A stretch of 64,000 nt of DNA from assembly GCA_965153285.1 (NCBI GenBank), contig OZ229111.1; one strand, 5' to 3'. Origin of the DNA: Podarcis tiliguerta (taxonomy: Eukaryota). The first letter of the stretch is position 1, and each line of letters opens with the position of its first letter. A program made the position numbers and the translations under genes. The notes beneath the pieces were generated by a model. The model saw only the letters and a program-made list of their open reading frames with translations. It was not told the origin of the DNA and did not search any database. Of this stretch, positions 38,105 through 52,038 are shown one piece after another.

Positions 38105-39337
38105 ACAAGTGTTAACTCGACGTCCTTCGAGTCCTCGTTGATCTGCCCCTGACAAGCCCCCAGAGCACCCTCTCATTTTGCTCTTACCACCACTGGAATA
38201 CCAAGAGTGCTTTAGCAATGGTGGCAGAACTTCCTACCGCTGCATCAGGGAAGTGACTCTGGAGAGGTACGTGGTGCCAAAACAGCCACCCAGCTGCCCC
38301 TCCAAGAAGCTTAGGGTTGCAGCCATAGTAAATTATCAAGCACAAATGAAAAGCAAAAGAAAAGAAACAACATTTGCCTCCACCAGCTCCACCAACCCAG
38401 GCTCCTTTCAAGATTTTGCTGGCATTGAAACTGTACTTCAGCATGTAGACAAGATAGGATTAGAATTAGCTAGAGGGACTTCTGGAAATTCAAGGGGCAG
38501 CAGTAAGAACTTGGGATCAAGCCAACTCACTTATTAAGTGAAATACTTGCAGGCGATTTAGAGTTCTCCTAGTCACCTCAGCCAACCATGTACTCCTCTT
38601 TGATTTCGCCACAACCAAGCTATTCCTCTCTTCTCTGTTAATAACGTTTCTTTTCCACAAGTACCATGTGGCATAAAACCAAGCCCAAAGGAAAGGCAAC
38701 AAGAGAGGACAATGGGAAAGGAAAACGATAAACCGCTCTCGCTCTATTTTTATCCCTAGCTCTAGAAATATAAAAACATATGCTGTAGGATTTTTAAAAA
38801 ATAAATTAATCAAGTGTCATGTTCTCACATATCAGGAGATACACTTGAAATTAACCAAGTGGTTATGCATATATAATAGGGGAAAATATTTTAATAATTA
38901 ACTCCTCTTCCACATTTACTGATCTCGCCTTCTTTTATCCAAAAACCATGAGGTACGAAAATGGAGAAAGCCTAATGGTTTTTAAAGCCACAGCTCTGTC
39001 AATTATAAGCCACCCAAAAAAACCCCCTCTAAAATTGAGATAGAGGCTGAAAGTATAATCCTTTCCATTTAAAAAGTAAAGTTATGGTTTCCCCTCTTTT
39101 TTCCTACCACTGTCCTCAGATGCACTTGTTGCAGATCTGCACTGTAGCTGCTGCTGCTGTTATTGTTATGAATCAGAACTTTTCCTGGCATTAGCAGTCT
39201 CCAGGATGTAACTGCAATGTGGTTGTCAGGTTTTTTTTTTCTCTCTCTCTCTCCTGCCCACACAGCTGAGGTTTAGCCTGGCATCTCCAGAGAGAGGCTC
39301 TCACACCGCTTCGCCTCGTTAGCATCATCACACTCAC

Positions 39338-39373
39338 GCTGGGGGAGGGAAAGCCATTCGTGGAGGAATCCAT
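39338..39373 (-). CDS. Candidate alternative first coding exon, MDSSTNGFPSPS (phase 0)
   Basis: Strong Kozak context GTCATGG and donor AGC|GTGAGT; same phase as 57576-57698; TE-free and locally CpG-retaining. Confidence 0.45.
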
Positions 39374-39714
39374 GACTCCCTCGTGAGCTGTAACAAAAAT
39401 GCAGCCCGAGATGCAGGGAGCTGAACCAAGGTGCTAACTTAAGCAGTAGGGAGCTTCTGGGCTGGGGTGGGGGGGCGGCAGGTCTGAGCAAACAGATTGC
39501 TGTCAAGGATGATTTTCATAGTGGGAGTGAGGAGCAATGGCAAACCACTGTTAAGTCAGGCATGTGACAAGGAGTTTAAAAGGGACCTACTAAGTAGCTT
39601 GATAAAGTAGGATCTAGCCCCCAGCCTATCCTTGTCCTCCAGACTTCAACAAGGGCACTCCCAAACTGAGAACTTAAGGAAGAAATGTCACTTGCTCCAG
39701 GGACAGTCCACATA

Positions 39715-39956
39715 TAAGGCCTGGGGGCCAGATCCGGCCCAATCACCTTCTCAATCTGGCCCGCGGACGGTCTGGGAATCAGCATGTTTTTACATGAGTA
39801 GAATGTGTGCTTTTATTTAAAATGCACCTCTGGGTTATTTGTGGGGCATAGGAATTCATTCATTATTATTATTATTTTCAAAATATAATCTGGCCCCCCC
39901 ACACGGTCTGAGGGACAGTGGACCGGCCCCCTGCTGAAAAAGTTTGCTGACCCCTG
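39715..39956. mobile_element. hAT (Charlie-like) non-autonomous element, damaged left end
   Basis: Aligns with 5385-5634; ends GCTGACCCCTG. Confidence 0.85.
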
Positions 39957-40812
39957 GTAGTCCAACCTCTGCCTCCTCCTGCTCAGGCTGCACAGAAAAA
40001 AAAAAAACCCAAAACATTTTGGTTCCAGAAATTCACTCCAATTGTGCAGATAAAATACAAAAAATTCTACAGGATGTGGTATTAGTGTGCAAAAACAGTC
40101 AGGATCCAAGGATCCTCAAGCACGCACCTCCAGATGGTGGAGATGTCAGGCGCCATTCTGACGCCCAGGCATCTTCACTTGGTCACAAGTGGTTGAAAGC
40201 CAGGTGCTAAATACACCTGGCGCCTGGCTAATTTTGAACACTGCTACCTCCCGGCGCCGGATCTGCCAGAAAGACCCCATTCTCATCATACACCCATGTG
40301 ATAGCAAATGTAAGAACAGCAGTTCTACCTGCAGTCCGAACTACAACCACCATGTTGGTGGCTAGGAGCTGGGGATTTTAGGATGAAGCACAGGTTCCTC
40401 TCCACCAGCTTCTCAGTGGGGGATGAATGCTGCTGATGTGCAGGTTCCAACTACCCAGCCTTTGATCAAGTGGACATGCGCCTACCACCAGAGGCGCTGC
40501 CACCAGGAGTAGGAAGATGAAGGGTAGGGGGAAACAGAGCATTCTGGGGGTGGAATAGGGGCCATGGACTCGGAGCTGGACTAGCATGGAATTCAGCCAG
40601 AGAGAGGCCCAATCTGGGACCTTCTGCTGTGCCAGCCTGGAGCCAGCACAACACCAAAATCTGGGAAATAACCCCATGCTGATCAGGAGTCAACAGGGCA
40701 TCAAATCCTGCTCTGATTGCCCTGCAATGACAATTTGCAGCAATTCTAAAGCAGAAGGCACAGTGACTTCTAACTGCAAGCCAGCTTTGCAAATAAAACA
40801 AATAAGTGTGTA

Positions 40813-41051
40813 CAGTGGTACCTCGGGTTACATACGCTTCAGGTTACATACACTTCAGGTTACAGACTCCGCTAACCCGGAGCTAACTCAGGTTAAAAAC
40901 TTTGCTTCAGGGTGAGAACAGAAATCGTGCTCTGGCGATGTGGCGGCAGCAGGAGGCTCCATTAGCTAAAGTGGTGCTTTAGGTTAAGAACAGTTTCAGG
41001 TTAAGAACGGACCTCCGGAACGAATTAAGTACTTAACCCGAGGTACCACTC
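40813..41051. mobile_element. Tc1/mariner MITE, family 1
   Basis: Matches 31633-31874; TA flanks; last TIR base mutated. Confidence 0.9.
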
Positions 41052-41907
41052 TATTGTTCCATTAAAAAAGGTATATTGCCTACATTTGTCTGTGTTACAC
41101 ATTTATGGCACGGGGACCACCTGAAACACCATTTTACAAATGCTGTCCCTCTCTGGACGCCCAGAGATGCTTTTATACTTATCGCAGGTAACCAGGCAGG
41201 AAGCTGTTTGTAAACTTGCTATGAACATTCTTAAGCAATTCGCAGACATCTGTTTCCACTAGAAAATGCACACAAGAGTTAAAGCAAGGGGCATTTTTAA
41301 TAGAAACTAAAAGACACCAACCATACAAATTGAAACTGGACAATAAACAGGCCTCAAAAATAGAAACCAAGCTAGTAAGAGAAAGCAGTTTAAAAAGTGA
41401 GGGTGGGGGGTGGGGGTGGAGGATGCGATTACTTTGCTTGGAAATGTGTTTCTAATTCAAGAATGATGTGTGAAGTGCTCAGCATGGCTTGAACACACCT
41501 GAACTCTCAAGAGAGATGGCAGATGTGGAACAAAAATCCGATGTGTGGGATCACATGTATAAATACATTCTGAAGCTCAAGATGCAAAACAAACCAAAAC
41601 CACTTTATCATCAGTTCATCCAGAATTACAGTCCCAACAAAAAACAAAACAGGAAAACATTTCATGGGATCGTCCACAGGAAAGGGTCATGCCTCTGATC
41701 CTAAGCAGCAGCCAAGACTCTGGCACTGAAGAGGGACCACCAGCTAGATCATAAGGACTAGCGACATAAGCCACAGAGATGCTGAACCTGAACCTGGGCT
41801 CTGACACCAGGCTGTTAAGACCATCAGCTAGGAGCCTCCTGAGCTTGAGACAACACCCCCTAGTCAAATTCCTCAGAGGGACTGACCCCACCTCTACACC
41901 AAGAGCC

Positions 41908-42053
41908 TCATAGAATCACAGAATTGTAGAGCTGGAAGGGAACCTGAGGATCATCAAGTCCAACCCCTGCAATGCAGGAATACGCAGCTGTCCCATACAA
42001 GGATCAAACCTGCAATCTTGGCACTATCAGCACCATGCCCTAACCAACTGAGC
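41908..42053 (-). mobile_element. tRNA-Ile-derived SINE with CR1 tail
   Basis: Same family as 28676-28824. Confidence 0.87.
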
Positions 42054-42247
42054 AGGCTGCAATGCAGAAGGTGGGAGCTGCCTCCAACAGAGTGCTGGGC
42101 TCCAGGCCACAGCCCAGCCTCGTTAAAACTTTCCATCAGTCATGCAGGAAGAAATCAGAGCCTGGGAAAGGCAGCCTGGACAAGAGGGATAAAAAGGCCA
42201 CAGCTGAGCTCCAGACCTTTTCAGAGCAGGAGCTATCCAAGGTCCTG

Positions 42248-42449
42248 GAATCATAGAAACTTAAGAGCTGGATGGGAACTCGAGGCTCATCTAGTCCAAC
42301 CCCCTGCAATGCAAGAATCTCAGCTAAAGCATCCATGACAGATGGCCACCCAACCTCTGTTTAAAAACCTCCAAGGAAGGAGAGTCCACAACCTCTTGTG
42401 GGAGTCTGTTCCACTGCTGAACAGCTCTTGCTGTCAGAAAGTTTTTCCG
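42248..42449 (-). mobile_element. CR1 LINE 3' end
   Basis: Antisense KNFLTARAVQQWNRL...[11 protein letters not shown] plus CR1 tail. Confidence 0.88.
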
Positions 42450-44248
42450 AACTTCAGTCCAACATGACCTGCTATTGACTGGCTGGTGACTTAATTGATA
42501 TATTTTTTGAAGAACTCAGGCTTGTATAGCTGATTAGCAAATAGCTGCTGTGGGTGGGCCGAGTTGGATTGGGGCTTTTGCCCCTGTAGCAGTCCCAGTT
42601 GGAACTGACTCTTCCACACGAGCTAACTCCCAACAGGAGGAGGGCTAACAAAGTCACCCTCAAGCATCTTTGGCACTCATGGGCTCCACATTGTCCTAAT
42701 TCAGCAGCACAGCACACGATTTACATAAGGACAGTTCCAGGTTCGAACTCCAGTGTCTCCTGTTGTTAAAAATGACACCAGGTAGCAAGCCCAGGAAAGA
42801 GCCCTGCCTTAGCCTTAAAGAGTTGTTGCTATTCGGAATAGACAATATTATACTGTGCTGCATAAAGTGGTAGATTTGGATCAGGGAAACCCAGATTCAA
42901 ATCTTCACTCAGCCATGAAGCTCACTGGTTGAGCTTAGGTCGATCACTAACCTAGCTCACTGTCGTGCAGGGATAAGAGGGTTGGTGGCGAGACATATGT
43001 ACGCCACGCTTACTTTGAGATGCACATGAGGATCCTCTAATGAGATACAAATGTGATAAAGACATGTTAAAACTTGCACTCAACCACCCCAGATGGAAGA
43101 GGAAATTTTTAATTACAGCAAACAATATATTCCATCATCCAACCCAAACCTAGTGGGCTTTCCATCTATCTTGGTTTCTCAAATCTAGGAAGAAGACATC
43201 TGCTTTTGCCCATAGGTGATAAAAGATTTGTGAATCCATTGAAGGCTTGGGGACCAGTTTTCATGAGCTGAGCTTTCTTTGGCAACAACACCCCAGAAAT
43301 AGATTAAATTTCAACGTTGCCTGCTCATCTCAGGAGGGGCTAATTATTTTGAGACTTCAGTTACCTCCCAGTCCATTTCAGCTGAGTACTGGCAGGTCTC
43401 AAGACAGTGTTAAGTGGTATATTGCACCAAGCTCTCATCTCATTTTTGATCATCTTCCATTTCTAGCGATGTAGTCACCTCACTGCCCAGCAACTGAGGA
43501 TTGGGACAGACGTTGTCAAGAACCTAGCACACAAACCACAAAACAGCCAATCTTTTGGGTTGCACATGAGCCTACAGCTTCAAATGACACTGCTTAACGT
43601 TAACATTTGCAAGCAGAGACTACGTAAATTCAGCTTCATGATGCTTTTGGCAGTGGAGTGCAGTGCATCCTTAGATGCCCTATTTCATGACTGCTTCCCT
43701 ACCCAAGGGGTGTGGGTGAGCACCTGCGCCACCGCCATCTGCTGCCAGTTGGATTGCCATGCTACCCAGATATCTGGGACAGCAGCAGCTGGATTCTAGG
43801 TCTGCCATCTGGTATCCATTTAGGGCTCTAGTTGGTTTGATGTTCTAAGTTCCTTTTCTTTTTTAAAAAAATGCCTTTATAGTTTCAGTGGGGGCAAATT
43901 TCAACCCAGCTGCTCAGTATGAAGCTTGCTCCCACTGTTAGGAAGCCACAGAAGCCACTGTTAGGAGCAACAGACAACAAGGCAATAGCACTCCAGTTAG
44001 GCAGAATCTGATGATGTCTCCTCATCACCCAAGTCCTCAAAATAGCTATACCATCATTTCAGGTAGGGTCAAAATGAACCAGTTTGTGGAATTTTCCTTG
44101 CAGGGAAATTGGGGATCAAGCACACCATCTTCCATCAAACTATCTCCAGCTACCACTGATGCATACAAACACCTGTGCTAAATGGGAAATATCCCTGATG
44201 GCAGCTGGCAGTTCTGCAGGTGCTAATCCTCACCAGGATTAGTGCCTG

Positions 44249-44486
44249 CAGTGTGGTGTAGTGGTTAAGAGCGGTAGACTCGTAATCTGGTGAACTGGGT
44301 TCGCGTCTCCGCTCCTCCACATGCAGCTGCTGGCTGACCTTGGGCTAGTCACACTTCTGTGAAGTCTCTCAGCCCCACTCACCTCAGAGTGTTTGTTGTG
44401 GGGGAGGAAGGGAAAGGAGAATGTTAGCCGCTTTGAGACTCCTTCAGGTAGTGATAAAGCGGGATATCAAATCCTAACTCTTCTTC
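44249..44486 (+). mobile_element. Squam3-type SINE
   Basis: Pol III A box TGGTGTAGTGG and B-box-like GGTTCGCGTCT; (CTT)n tail. Confidence 0.85.
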
Positions 44487-45564
44487 AGGGACAGAAGAGC
44501 CATTGGATCATAGGAAGCTGCCCTACACCAGGGTCAAATTATTGTCTATCAAGCCCAGCGTTGTCTACTCTGGAAGTGGTTTTCAGACAGGAGAGGTGTC
44601 ATTGTTGTTTTACATCCCCACCTGAAGATGCCAGGGACTGAACCTGGAAACCCCTGAGCTGTGAGCCTCCTTGAGATCAAATGGGAGCCAGCAGAAGATG
44701 CTGCAAAACTGTCCCCTCAACAGGAACACTGGGGACAAAAGGGAGACTAAAACCTCCGCTTCTCTCCAAAGCAACCATAAATAGGATGTGGAACTCAAAT
44801 GGCAAACTGTTTTTCCTGGGTACATACATAGGGAAGCCTTCCAGATGTTTTGGACTGCAACTTCCACCATCCCCAGATTGGGGGTTGAAATCCAAAGCGT
44901 CTGGAGGGCACCTGGTTGGCGAAGACTGGTCTAAGGGTCCTTAGACTCTCTGTTGCCGAGAACCGGCTGGAAAATACTTCCAGCGGCAGAAGGCAGGGTG
45001 TGGGGATTCTGACCTGCTGAGGCAGGAAAACTATCAGGTGGAAACGGGCTTGAAGGATGAGCGCCACAGAGCACATGCCCTTGGAACCAACTCCCACTCC
45101 ACTTTTAATCTTTGCAGTGGTTAATGGGTAGCCTCACTTTGTTCAGGGAAAGATTTGGCTTGAGAATACACATCATAGGATGTCCCCTTCCTGCCCCAGT
45201 AGGCAAGGGTGAGTTTCTGCATGATGCCCTTTGCTGCCAGAAATACTCCTGATGAATGCATGCACACAAGACCCTTACTCATAATTTTTTTGGGGGGGTG
45301 GAGTCAGGGGTTGTTCCATCTCGCAGCTACTTTTCTGTGGCTCTGCCGTGAGCAGAGACTCCTATCTTACCTGTCCTATACTCCCCCCCCTCCAGTTATT
45401 CACCAACAGAGTCTACACTCAGGTTCCGGGTTTGGAAACAGGGATAGCACGTTCATCCAAATATAGCATTTTTGCTGAATTGTTAAAATGCAAAGCAGCT
45501 GGTTCCTCTTAGAACTTCAGACTAGGCAGCTGTAGTCTACACATCTCAGTGGACTGAAAAGAAA

Positions 45565-45605
45565 GGAAGGAAGGAAGGAAGGAAGGAAGGAAGGAAGGAA
45601 GGAAG
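45565..45605. repeat. (GGAA)n microsatellite
   Basis: About 10 units. Confidence 0.95.
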
Positions 45606-45889
45606 GGGTGCCTTGCACATTCAGACCCCAAACTCAGTTTGCAGATGCCTTTCCAGCAACAGCAGCATAGTTTTGACCCTCCCTGTTTTCATCATCATGA
45701 TAAAAGGATAATAGCTCAATGATAGAATGCATGCCAAAGTCTCAGGACCAGTTCCTAGTGCCTCCAATGTTAGCCTTCCTGAAATCCTAGAAAGTCAGTG
45801 CTATTCATACTAAGCTCAATGGGCCAGACTTGGTGTAGGGCAGCTTCCTCTCACTTACTGACATACTTTCCAATACCTCGGAGAAACGA

Positions 45890-46235
45890 CCTCGGCCCAG
45901 TATACCTGAAGAAGTGCCTCCACCCCCATCGTTCAGCTCTGAGGGCCTTCTAGTGGTTCCCTCCCTGTGAGAAGTGAGGTTACAGGGAACCAGGCAGAGG
46001 GCCTTCTCAGTAGTGGCACCCACCTTGTGGAACGCCCTGCCATCAGATGTCAAGGAAATAAACTAGTACCTGACTTTTAGAAGACATCTGAAGGCAGTCC
46101 TGTTTAGGGAAGTTTTTAACGTTTGATGTTTTATCGCGTTTTTAATATTCTGTTGGGAGCCACCCAGAGCGGCTGGGGAAACACATAGGGTATAAATAAT
46201 AAATTATTATTATTATCATTATCATTATTATCATC
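45890..46235 (+). mobile_element. L2 LINE 3' end
   Basis: Matches 31260-31600, with internal deletions. Confidence 0.88.
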
Positions 46236-47978
46236 ACAATAACACAAAAACTAAGAAGCAGCTATGAAAAGTGGCCATGAAATAGCTCCCAAAGAAGAGG
46301 GAATTCAGAGTGGCAAAGCAAACTCAGAAGGACCTGCAGAAGGACCTCCTTCTCTGGCCCCAAATAAAACAACTGATACAGATGGAAGTAAATTCATGCC
46401 AATGTGTTACAGAATGGACTCCAGCTTGTCATTAGAGTAATGCAACTACATGATCCCACCCCAGATACATTCTGCACACAATGAGGAATGTTGCTCACCC
46501 CAGATTTATGGGCTAAATATAGAGCACAGCTTACTGGGTTATAAACAGACACTCATCACCACTGGCAGTGAGCTTACTTAGGGAATGGTAATAAGCCATC
46601 TCTGGGATGAGAGGCACATCTCATTGGCAAGGCAACCCACTCAGATAGTCGCTGTGCGGTCTGACCACATACAGGAACCAAATTATTATATTGCCTCATA
46701 AAACGCTGCCTTCTTCAAGGGCCAGACAAAGTAATAACAGTTCGCTTGCATAAAGTGGTATTTCTGCCTACACAGAAGTGGGCGGAACACATTAACAGAG
46801 TGTTGCAGGCCAAAAGCGAGCCACCAAGACAAAACTCTAGGAAAATGTCTACGTATTTTCGCATGTCACTAAAACTGGAAATAAAAAGGAAATGGAAAGA
46901 AATTGTACCTTGAAATGTTAACTTTTCTCCACATTTGTGTTTTAGAACACGTATCTTGAAAATATCTACAAACACCATTTGAATGCTTGCAAACGGCAAT
47001 GGGTTTTCAGATCCACAGGTAAAATCCCAATAATTATATAAATGCAAACAAGCAAAATGCAAGTTACAGAACAAATCCTAGCCTGCCAACGTAACTGTGA
47101 ACAGACTTCAGTAGATCTTTGAGACCAGCCGGCTCCCGCCTGCTTAGTTTTTCTTGTTTTTTTTAATTATTGACTTTGCTATGAAAACAGCCAAAGGAAG
47201 CCTTTGCACTAGCAGGATTAAGCAACGGGCAACATCAGCAGACATGTTAAAACCTCTGCCACAATACCATTCACTTTAGAGGCTCTACTGATTTAAAACA
47301 GGGCCTCTCTGTGCATACACAGAGGTGACATCTGCGTATCAGAAGTGAATGTTTGCTGTGCATGTACAACACACAATATTGTAATATGTTTCATTTGCGC
47401 ATGAATGAGGAGACCTTTTGGATTCAAGTCGCCCCTGGTTTTGCATGGGGCAGAAGTGGAGATTCACTACTGAATCTTATTCCAGCATTATCTGTGCTAC
47501 TGCAGACAGCTGAAATAAAGAAAACATGTAAAATATCTACGGTATATCCTACCATCCTAACACTTTAGGTATCTTTCCAACCTTGGGCCTATTGCACTAG
47601 ATGACCCTCACAGTCCCTTCCAATTCAACAATGACATGATTCTTTTCAGTGATCAACTAGTCTCTTAGGCTAAATCAGTGAAGCTCTGGGAGTTAAGAAA
47701 CTGACCAATATTAATATGTCCCACACATTGTTGAAACGTTAGATATAGAGAGCATGTCAAACCTTACACAAGGTATTTTCCCATAAGCTGATCTGTTATT
47801 AAAATGTAAAAGTTGAAATTCAGTATCAATGTGCTCTACCTGTGAATCTGACGCAAGCATGAAGGAGCTGAACCAGCAACTGTGCTATGAAACTTCTAAA
47901 GAAAGGGGAAAACCCATCTTTAAACATGTTGAGCTGCTTTCTTTTTACAGCACAGCCCTGGGAAGAAGGGTCATTCAC

Positions 47979-48311
47979 TGGTAAAAGGTAAAGGACCCCG
48001 GACGGTTAAGTCCAGTCAAAGATGACTATGGGGTGCGGTGCTCATCTCACTTCAGGCCAAGGGAGCCGGCGTTTGTCCACAGTCATGACTAAACTGCTTT
48101 TCTCACAACGGAATACCGTGACAGAAGCCAGAGCACGCAGAAATGCAGTTTACCTTCCCGCCGCAGCAGTACCTATTTATCTACTTGCACTGGTGTGCTT
48201 TTGAACTGCTAGATTGGCAGGAGCTGGGACCAAGCAACGGGAGCTCACCCCGTCGTGCGGATTCGAACCGCCAACCTTCTGATCGGCAAGCCCAAGAGGC
48301 TCAGTGGTTTG
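47979..48311 (-). mobile_element. Sauria SINE, subfamily A
   Basis: GGACGGTTAAGTCCAGTCAAAG diagnostic shared with 1005-1382. Confidence 0.9.
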
Positions 48312-49139
48312 GGTCATCCATTGATAAGGGTAAGAATTTAAAGGAAGGTGTACAAAATACAGTACAACAGGCATCAGAACCCCAGAGTTGGGGGTAATGC
48401 TTGCCAAGCATGACTGCAACCAAATCAGTGCCACACTAACGGCACATAAGCTACATGTTACAAAAGATCCCCCATTGAACAAACTCATTGTTAGCAGGTG
48501 TTAGAGCAAAAAAATAAATCTGAATTATTCACATACCTGATCAAACAGAGATTTCCAGTGCTGAGAGAGGGAAGAGGCAATGCATAAAAGAAAGAAGAGG
48601 GGAAAAGAGGAAGAAAAGTGTAAGAGCACAGAAATGTACATTCATTCCAGAAACATTTTTTATTTTTTTAGAGAGACAGGTAATCAAATGGAGAATATAG
48701 GAAATTAAAGTCCTGCAATCTAGTGCTGCCTTGGACAGTGAGCTGCTCTGAAGAGTTATGACCACGCCAGAGGCACAAACCCCCTTGCCATCACAGATGT
48801 CAAAAAGAGCCCGCCATTTCCTCCACACTGAACACCTCGTCACCGATATTTGGAAGTTATGTTTGATTGCACAACACTCTGTAGAGCAGCCCTCTCTGGT
48901 GAAGCTCAGATGTTGCTATACTACAACTTCCATCGCCCATAACCACTGGCCATGCTGGTTAGGGCTGATGAGAGTTGTAGCTCCAAAACATCTGGATGGT
49001 ACACACATACATATATGCATACATAATTTTATTTGTAGGCCACCTTTCCACAGTTCAAACCATGCCCAAGGCAGTTTACAACATCATGAAGAAAAAAAAT
49101 ACATAACTTAACATAACAAAAGTAGTCCTAAACCATCGT

Positions 49140-49443
49140 AGCCTTCTGGCGGTTCCCTCACTGCAAGAAGTGAAGTTACAGGGAACCAGGCAGAGGGCCT
49201 TCTTGGTAGTGGCACCCGCCCTGTGGAACACCCTCCCATTAGATGTCAAGGAAATAAACAACTATCTGATATTTAGAAGACTTCTGAAGGCAGCCCTTTT
49301 TAGGGGAGTTTTTAACGTTTGGAGTTTTATCGTGTTTTTAATATTCTGTTGGGAGCCGCCCAGAGTGGCTGGGGAAACTCAGCCAGATGGGCGGGGTATA
49401 AATAAATTATTATTATTAATTATTATTATTATTATTATTAATA
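49140..49443 (+). mobile_element. L2 LINE 3' end
   Basis: KLQGTRQRAFLVVAPALWNTLP...; (TTA)n tail. Confidence 0.9.
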
Positions 49444-51337
49444 CACAACTGAACAATTTCCACATAAACCAAACAAGATCTAAAATAAAGATAGAAAAAA
49501 CTGCCACTATCATAATGGCTTTATACAAGTCTAATGCATCTTAAAACCCCATGAGGAAAGGTTACCACATTTGGGACTTTTTAAGCTTGGGGTGGGCCGA
49601 AGACAAGTGAGGGGTGTTATGACAGAAGTTTATAAAGTTATGTATGGCATGTAGAAAGTGAAAAGAGAAAAATTTTCTCTCGCACGCACAGCACTAAAAC
49701 ATATAGACACCCTGAACATTGGAGGAGATAGGACAGACAAAATGAAGTATATCTTTGCACAGTTAAAACGATGGCATTCGCTACCACAAGATGGCCACCA
49801 ACTTGGATGTCTTTAAAAGGAGACAAATTTGTGGATGATAAGACTGTCAACACAGGGCCGGCCCAAGACATTTTGGCACCTGAGGCAAACCACCAAGTAG
49901 TGCCGCGCCCGCCCCCCAACCAGGAAAGAAGGGTTGAGTGAAGATCTACATCAGGAACACGGCCAGAATAAAGAACTACATCAAAATCAAGGGAGGGAGG
50001 AGACCAGCGGTGCCTCCTATTTGCAAGAAACCGCTGTGGAGGCATCATTTGGAGGGGACTGCCAAGGAGATGACAGATCTCCTCACAGCGTGAGGGAAAG
50101 GTGGCCAAGGAAAATGCCTGCACTACTGGCTAGAAAATCTTCTTTTAAAAAAAATCTGTTAAAAGTTAACTTTATAAGCTTTCAAAACTCTTTAAAATTG
50201 ATTTTCTAGCCACCATGACAAAGCAGCAGCAGTACAGGCACTCCCCTAGGCCCACCTTACCCAGAATGCCTTGCTCTGAGGAAGGAGCCACTTCTCATAT
50301 GGATGTGCACCTGAAAGACCAAGGAAGAAGCGCAGGTGCCTGGATGGGAAGTTACAACTAAGTGCAATTTATGACATTGCATAGGATCTGTTAGGGCATC
50401 AGCCTTGGTTTGCAGTTTCTTGGCTTGGTTGAACTTGAATCGATATGAGAGTCTTAAACTAGCAGGGTTTTTTTAAACCACTGTATATTATAAGGAACAC
50501 CAGGCCGTGCACTCTTGACAACCTCCGGTTAGAGCAGATCGCATAACACCAGCCAATCGAACCTGAAAACGCATGGCAGGTCCACCTCGGCAAACTGTTC
50601 TATTAAAGAGCTCAGCTTTTGTGCGCTAACTCCCTGGAATCCCACAGAAACAATCGAGCTCTTGCCTGAGTGAATATTCCTTTATATCAAAACTCCCACT
50701 TGTCACAGTAAATCTGCCCAGTGATTCAGAGTTAACGTTCGATCAACGCTTTTGTTTAATGCAACTCCAGATGCCGCCAGACAGAGATGCCACACATCCC
50801 TGGCAGCCGAGCCTCCCTTTGCAGCGAGGCGCTCTGGTTTCCCTCTTGGTGTGTATGTGCTGCCGCCATTGCTGCCGCCACCACCGATACAAGATACGCA
50901 TCCCTTCAGTTAGACCTCATTGGCATGAACCTGACTGGGCATTACTTTGGCAGATCATACAAGTGCCTTTTGCAGCTATTGCCTCTTGTAAGTCACCTTC
51001 AACCCAAGACACCCAACCAGCAATGTGGGACCAATTTAATATGAACATCTGCCTATGACCCTCCTTCTCCTTTCCCCCCTAGAATGAACAGGTGCCAAGG
51101 GAAATGGGACTCCCGCACTACCCACAACTGAAGAGGGGATTTCCACAGGTACAGATTGCTGATCAGAAGAGGCGAGGGGGGGGGAATGCACCTGCCAGAA
51201 CCCACCCTGCTGTTTTTAAAGCTGAACTTGTGCCACCTAAGATTCAGAGGCGGCCCACAAGCTGAAGACCATCCGTGTATTCAACCAGCCTCTGTTGCTG
51301 TGTGCCTTGAGCAATGTTAGATCTGCAGATCTAACAT

Positions 51338-52038
51338 TGGGTGACACCTGGCTTGAGAGCAGTACGTGTGAAAAGGATCTAGGAGTCTTGGTTGACCACA
51401 AACTTGACATGAGCCAACAGTGTGACGTGGCAGCTAAAAAAGCCAATGCAATTCTGGGCTGCATCAATAGGAGTATAGCATCTAGATCAAGGGAAGTAAT
51501 AGTGCCACTGTATTCTGCTCTGGTCAGACCTCACCTGGAGTACCGTGTCCAGTTCTGGGCACCACAGTTCAAGAAGGACACTGACAAACTGGAACGTGTC
51601 CAGAGGAGGGCAACCAAAATGGACAAAGGCCTGGAAACGATGCCTTATGAGGAACGGCTAAGGGAGCTGGGCATGTTTATCCTGGAGAAGAGGAGGTTAA
51701 GGGGTGATATGATAGCCATGTTCAAATATATAAAAGTATGTCACATAGAGGAGGGAGAAAGGTTGTTTTCTGCTGCTCCAGAGAAGCGGACACGGAACAA
51801 TGGATCCAAACTACAAGAAAGAAGATTCCACCTAAACATTAGGAAGAACTTCCTGACAGTAAGAGCTGTTCGACAGTGGAATTTGCTGCCAAGAAGTGTG
51901 GTGGAGTCTCCTTCTTTGGAGGTCTTTAAGCAGAGGCTTGACAACCATATGTCAGGTGTGCTCTGATGGTGGTTCCTGCTTGGCAGGGGGTTGGACTCGA
52001 TGGCCCTTGTGGTCTCTTCCAACTCTATGATTCTATGA
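51338..52038 (+). mobile_element. Young 5'-truncated CR1 LINE with an uninterrupted ORF2 C-terminus
   Basis: [32 protein letters not shown]...LVRPHLEY...[11 protein letters not shown]...[12 protein letters not shown]; stop at 51966; (TTCTATGA)n tail. Confidence 0.97.

Noticed and set aside
39338-39373. Resemblance of MDSST...FPSP to a recalled ARHGEF3 isoform N-terminus
   Set aside because: Too short, the spacing differs, and no supporting downstream exon was found; no symbol assigned.
43732-43746. CTCF-like motif (GGCAGCAGATGGCGG on -)
   Set aside because: A single imperfect motif; expected by chance in 64 kb without ChIP or conservation data.
51295-51966. 223-aa ORF as a host gene
   Set aside because: It is the CR1 ORF2 C-terminus of a truncated copy, lacking the endonuclease and RT core.
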